Virus record (IMG/VR): IMGVR_UViG_3300025168_000065
Source of the DNA: an uncultured virus (IMG/VR IMGVR_UViG_3300025168_000065)
Taxonomy: Duplodnaviria; Heunggongvirae; Uroviricota; Caudoviricetes; Crassvirales
DNA: 64,000 nt
Reading direction: 5' to 3' (one strand)
The position numbers and the translations under genes are program-made. Shown here piece by piece: positions 63,708-64,000 of the stretch (positions within the stretch are counted from its first letter, which is position 1; each line of letters begins with the position of its first letter). The notes beneath the pieces were generated by a model. It made no database searches, was not told where the DNA came from, and worked only from the letters and a program-made list of their open reading frames with translations.

Positions 63708-63989
63708 ATGAAACAGACAAGCGAATTAATTAAGGAAGTAGGAAGAGAGGTAGTAATGCTACTACTTGAAAAGAATAAAGCGTATGGAGACACTGCAAAT
63801 GATCCTCCTAAAATATTTTCTAAACTATCAGCAAAAGAGGGAATACTTGCGAGGATAGATGACAAGTTAAGTAGGATTAAAACAAGTGGGTTAAACGATA
63901 AAACTGAGGATACAATGCTTGATTTAATTGGATACCTTATATTGTATAGAGTACAATGTAAGAAGGAAAATCCCCCAAATGGGCAGTAA
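63708..63989 (+). CDS. DUF1599-like protein, copy 2
   Basis: Core nearly identical in amino acids to 2751..3050. Confidence 0.75.
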   Translation: MKQTSELIKEVGREVVMLLLEKNKAYGDTANDPPKIFSKLSAKEGILARIDDKLSRIKTSGLNDKTEDTMLDLIGYLILYRVQCKKENPPNGQ

Positions 63990-64000
63990 TTCCCCAAAAT

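Noticed and set aside
63233..63989. Similarity between the two window ends as a direct terminal repeat
   Set aside because: Matches are two separate diverged patches with unrelated flanks, not an identical terminal block
1..64000. Alternative genetic code, tRNA genes, integrase/att site, DNA or RNA polymerase
   Set aside because: Long genes are intact in the standard code and all three stops are used; no cloverleaf or such enzyme motifs were recognised by eye (tRNAscan and HMM searches not run)

Overview
The window looks like most or all of a circularly permuted, AT-rich tailed-phage genome with podovirus-like architecture. The host is probably Bacteroidota (Flavobacteriia-like), inferred from many TAnnTTTG -7 promoter boxes and A-rich start regions without Shine-Dalgarno sequences. 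The plus strand (60631-64000 and 1-12521) carries small early ORFs and replication/recombination genes: Sak-type annealase, RecE-like exonuclease, SSB, primase-helicase, SNF2-type helicase, VRR-NUC, HNH and two DnaA-domain-IV proteins. The minus strand (60095 down to 12499) is the late module: GroEL/GroES, small basic proteins, CBM-bearing fibres, lysis genes, terminase, portal, scaffold, capsid, tail and three internal virion proteins. I saw no DNA polymerase, RNA polymerase, integrase, tRNA or CRISPR. Main unannotated findings: (1) two covarying type I hammerhead ribozymes (61352-61405, 61643-61699) that bracket a single early ORF and could excise a 294-nt circularizable RNA, plus a second family of structured intergenic elements in the same operon; (2) a 50-aa gene (18280-18432) overprinted inside the 2759-aa virion protein gene; (3) two iteron/AT-rich origin-like loci sharing a 20-bp element; (4) a receptor-binding protein with four nested CBM-like domains. 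All protein calls are motif recognition by eye; no database searches were run.
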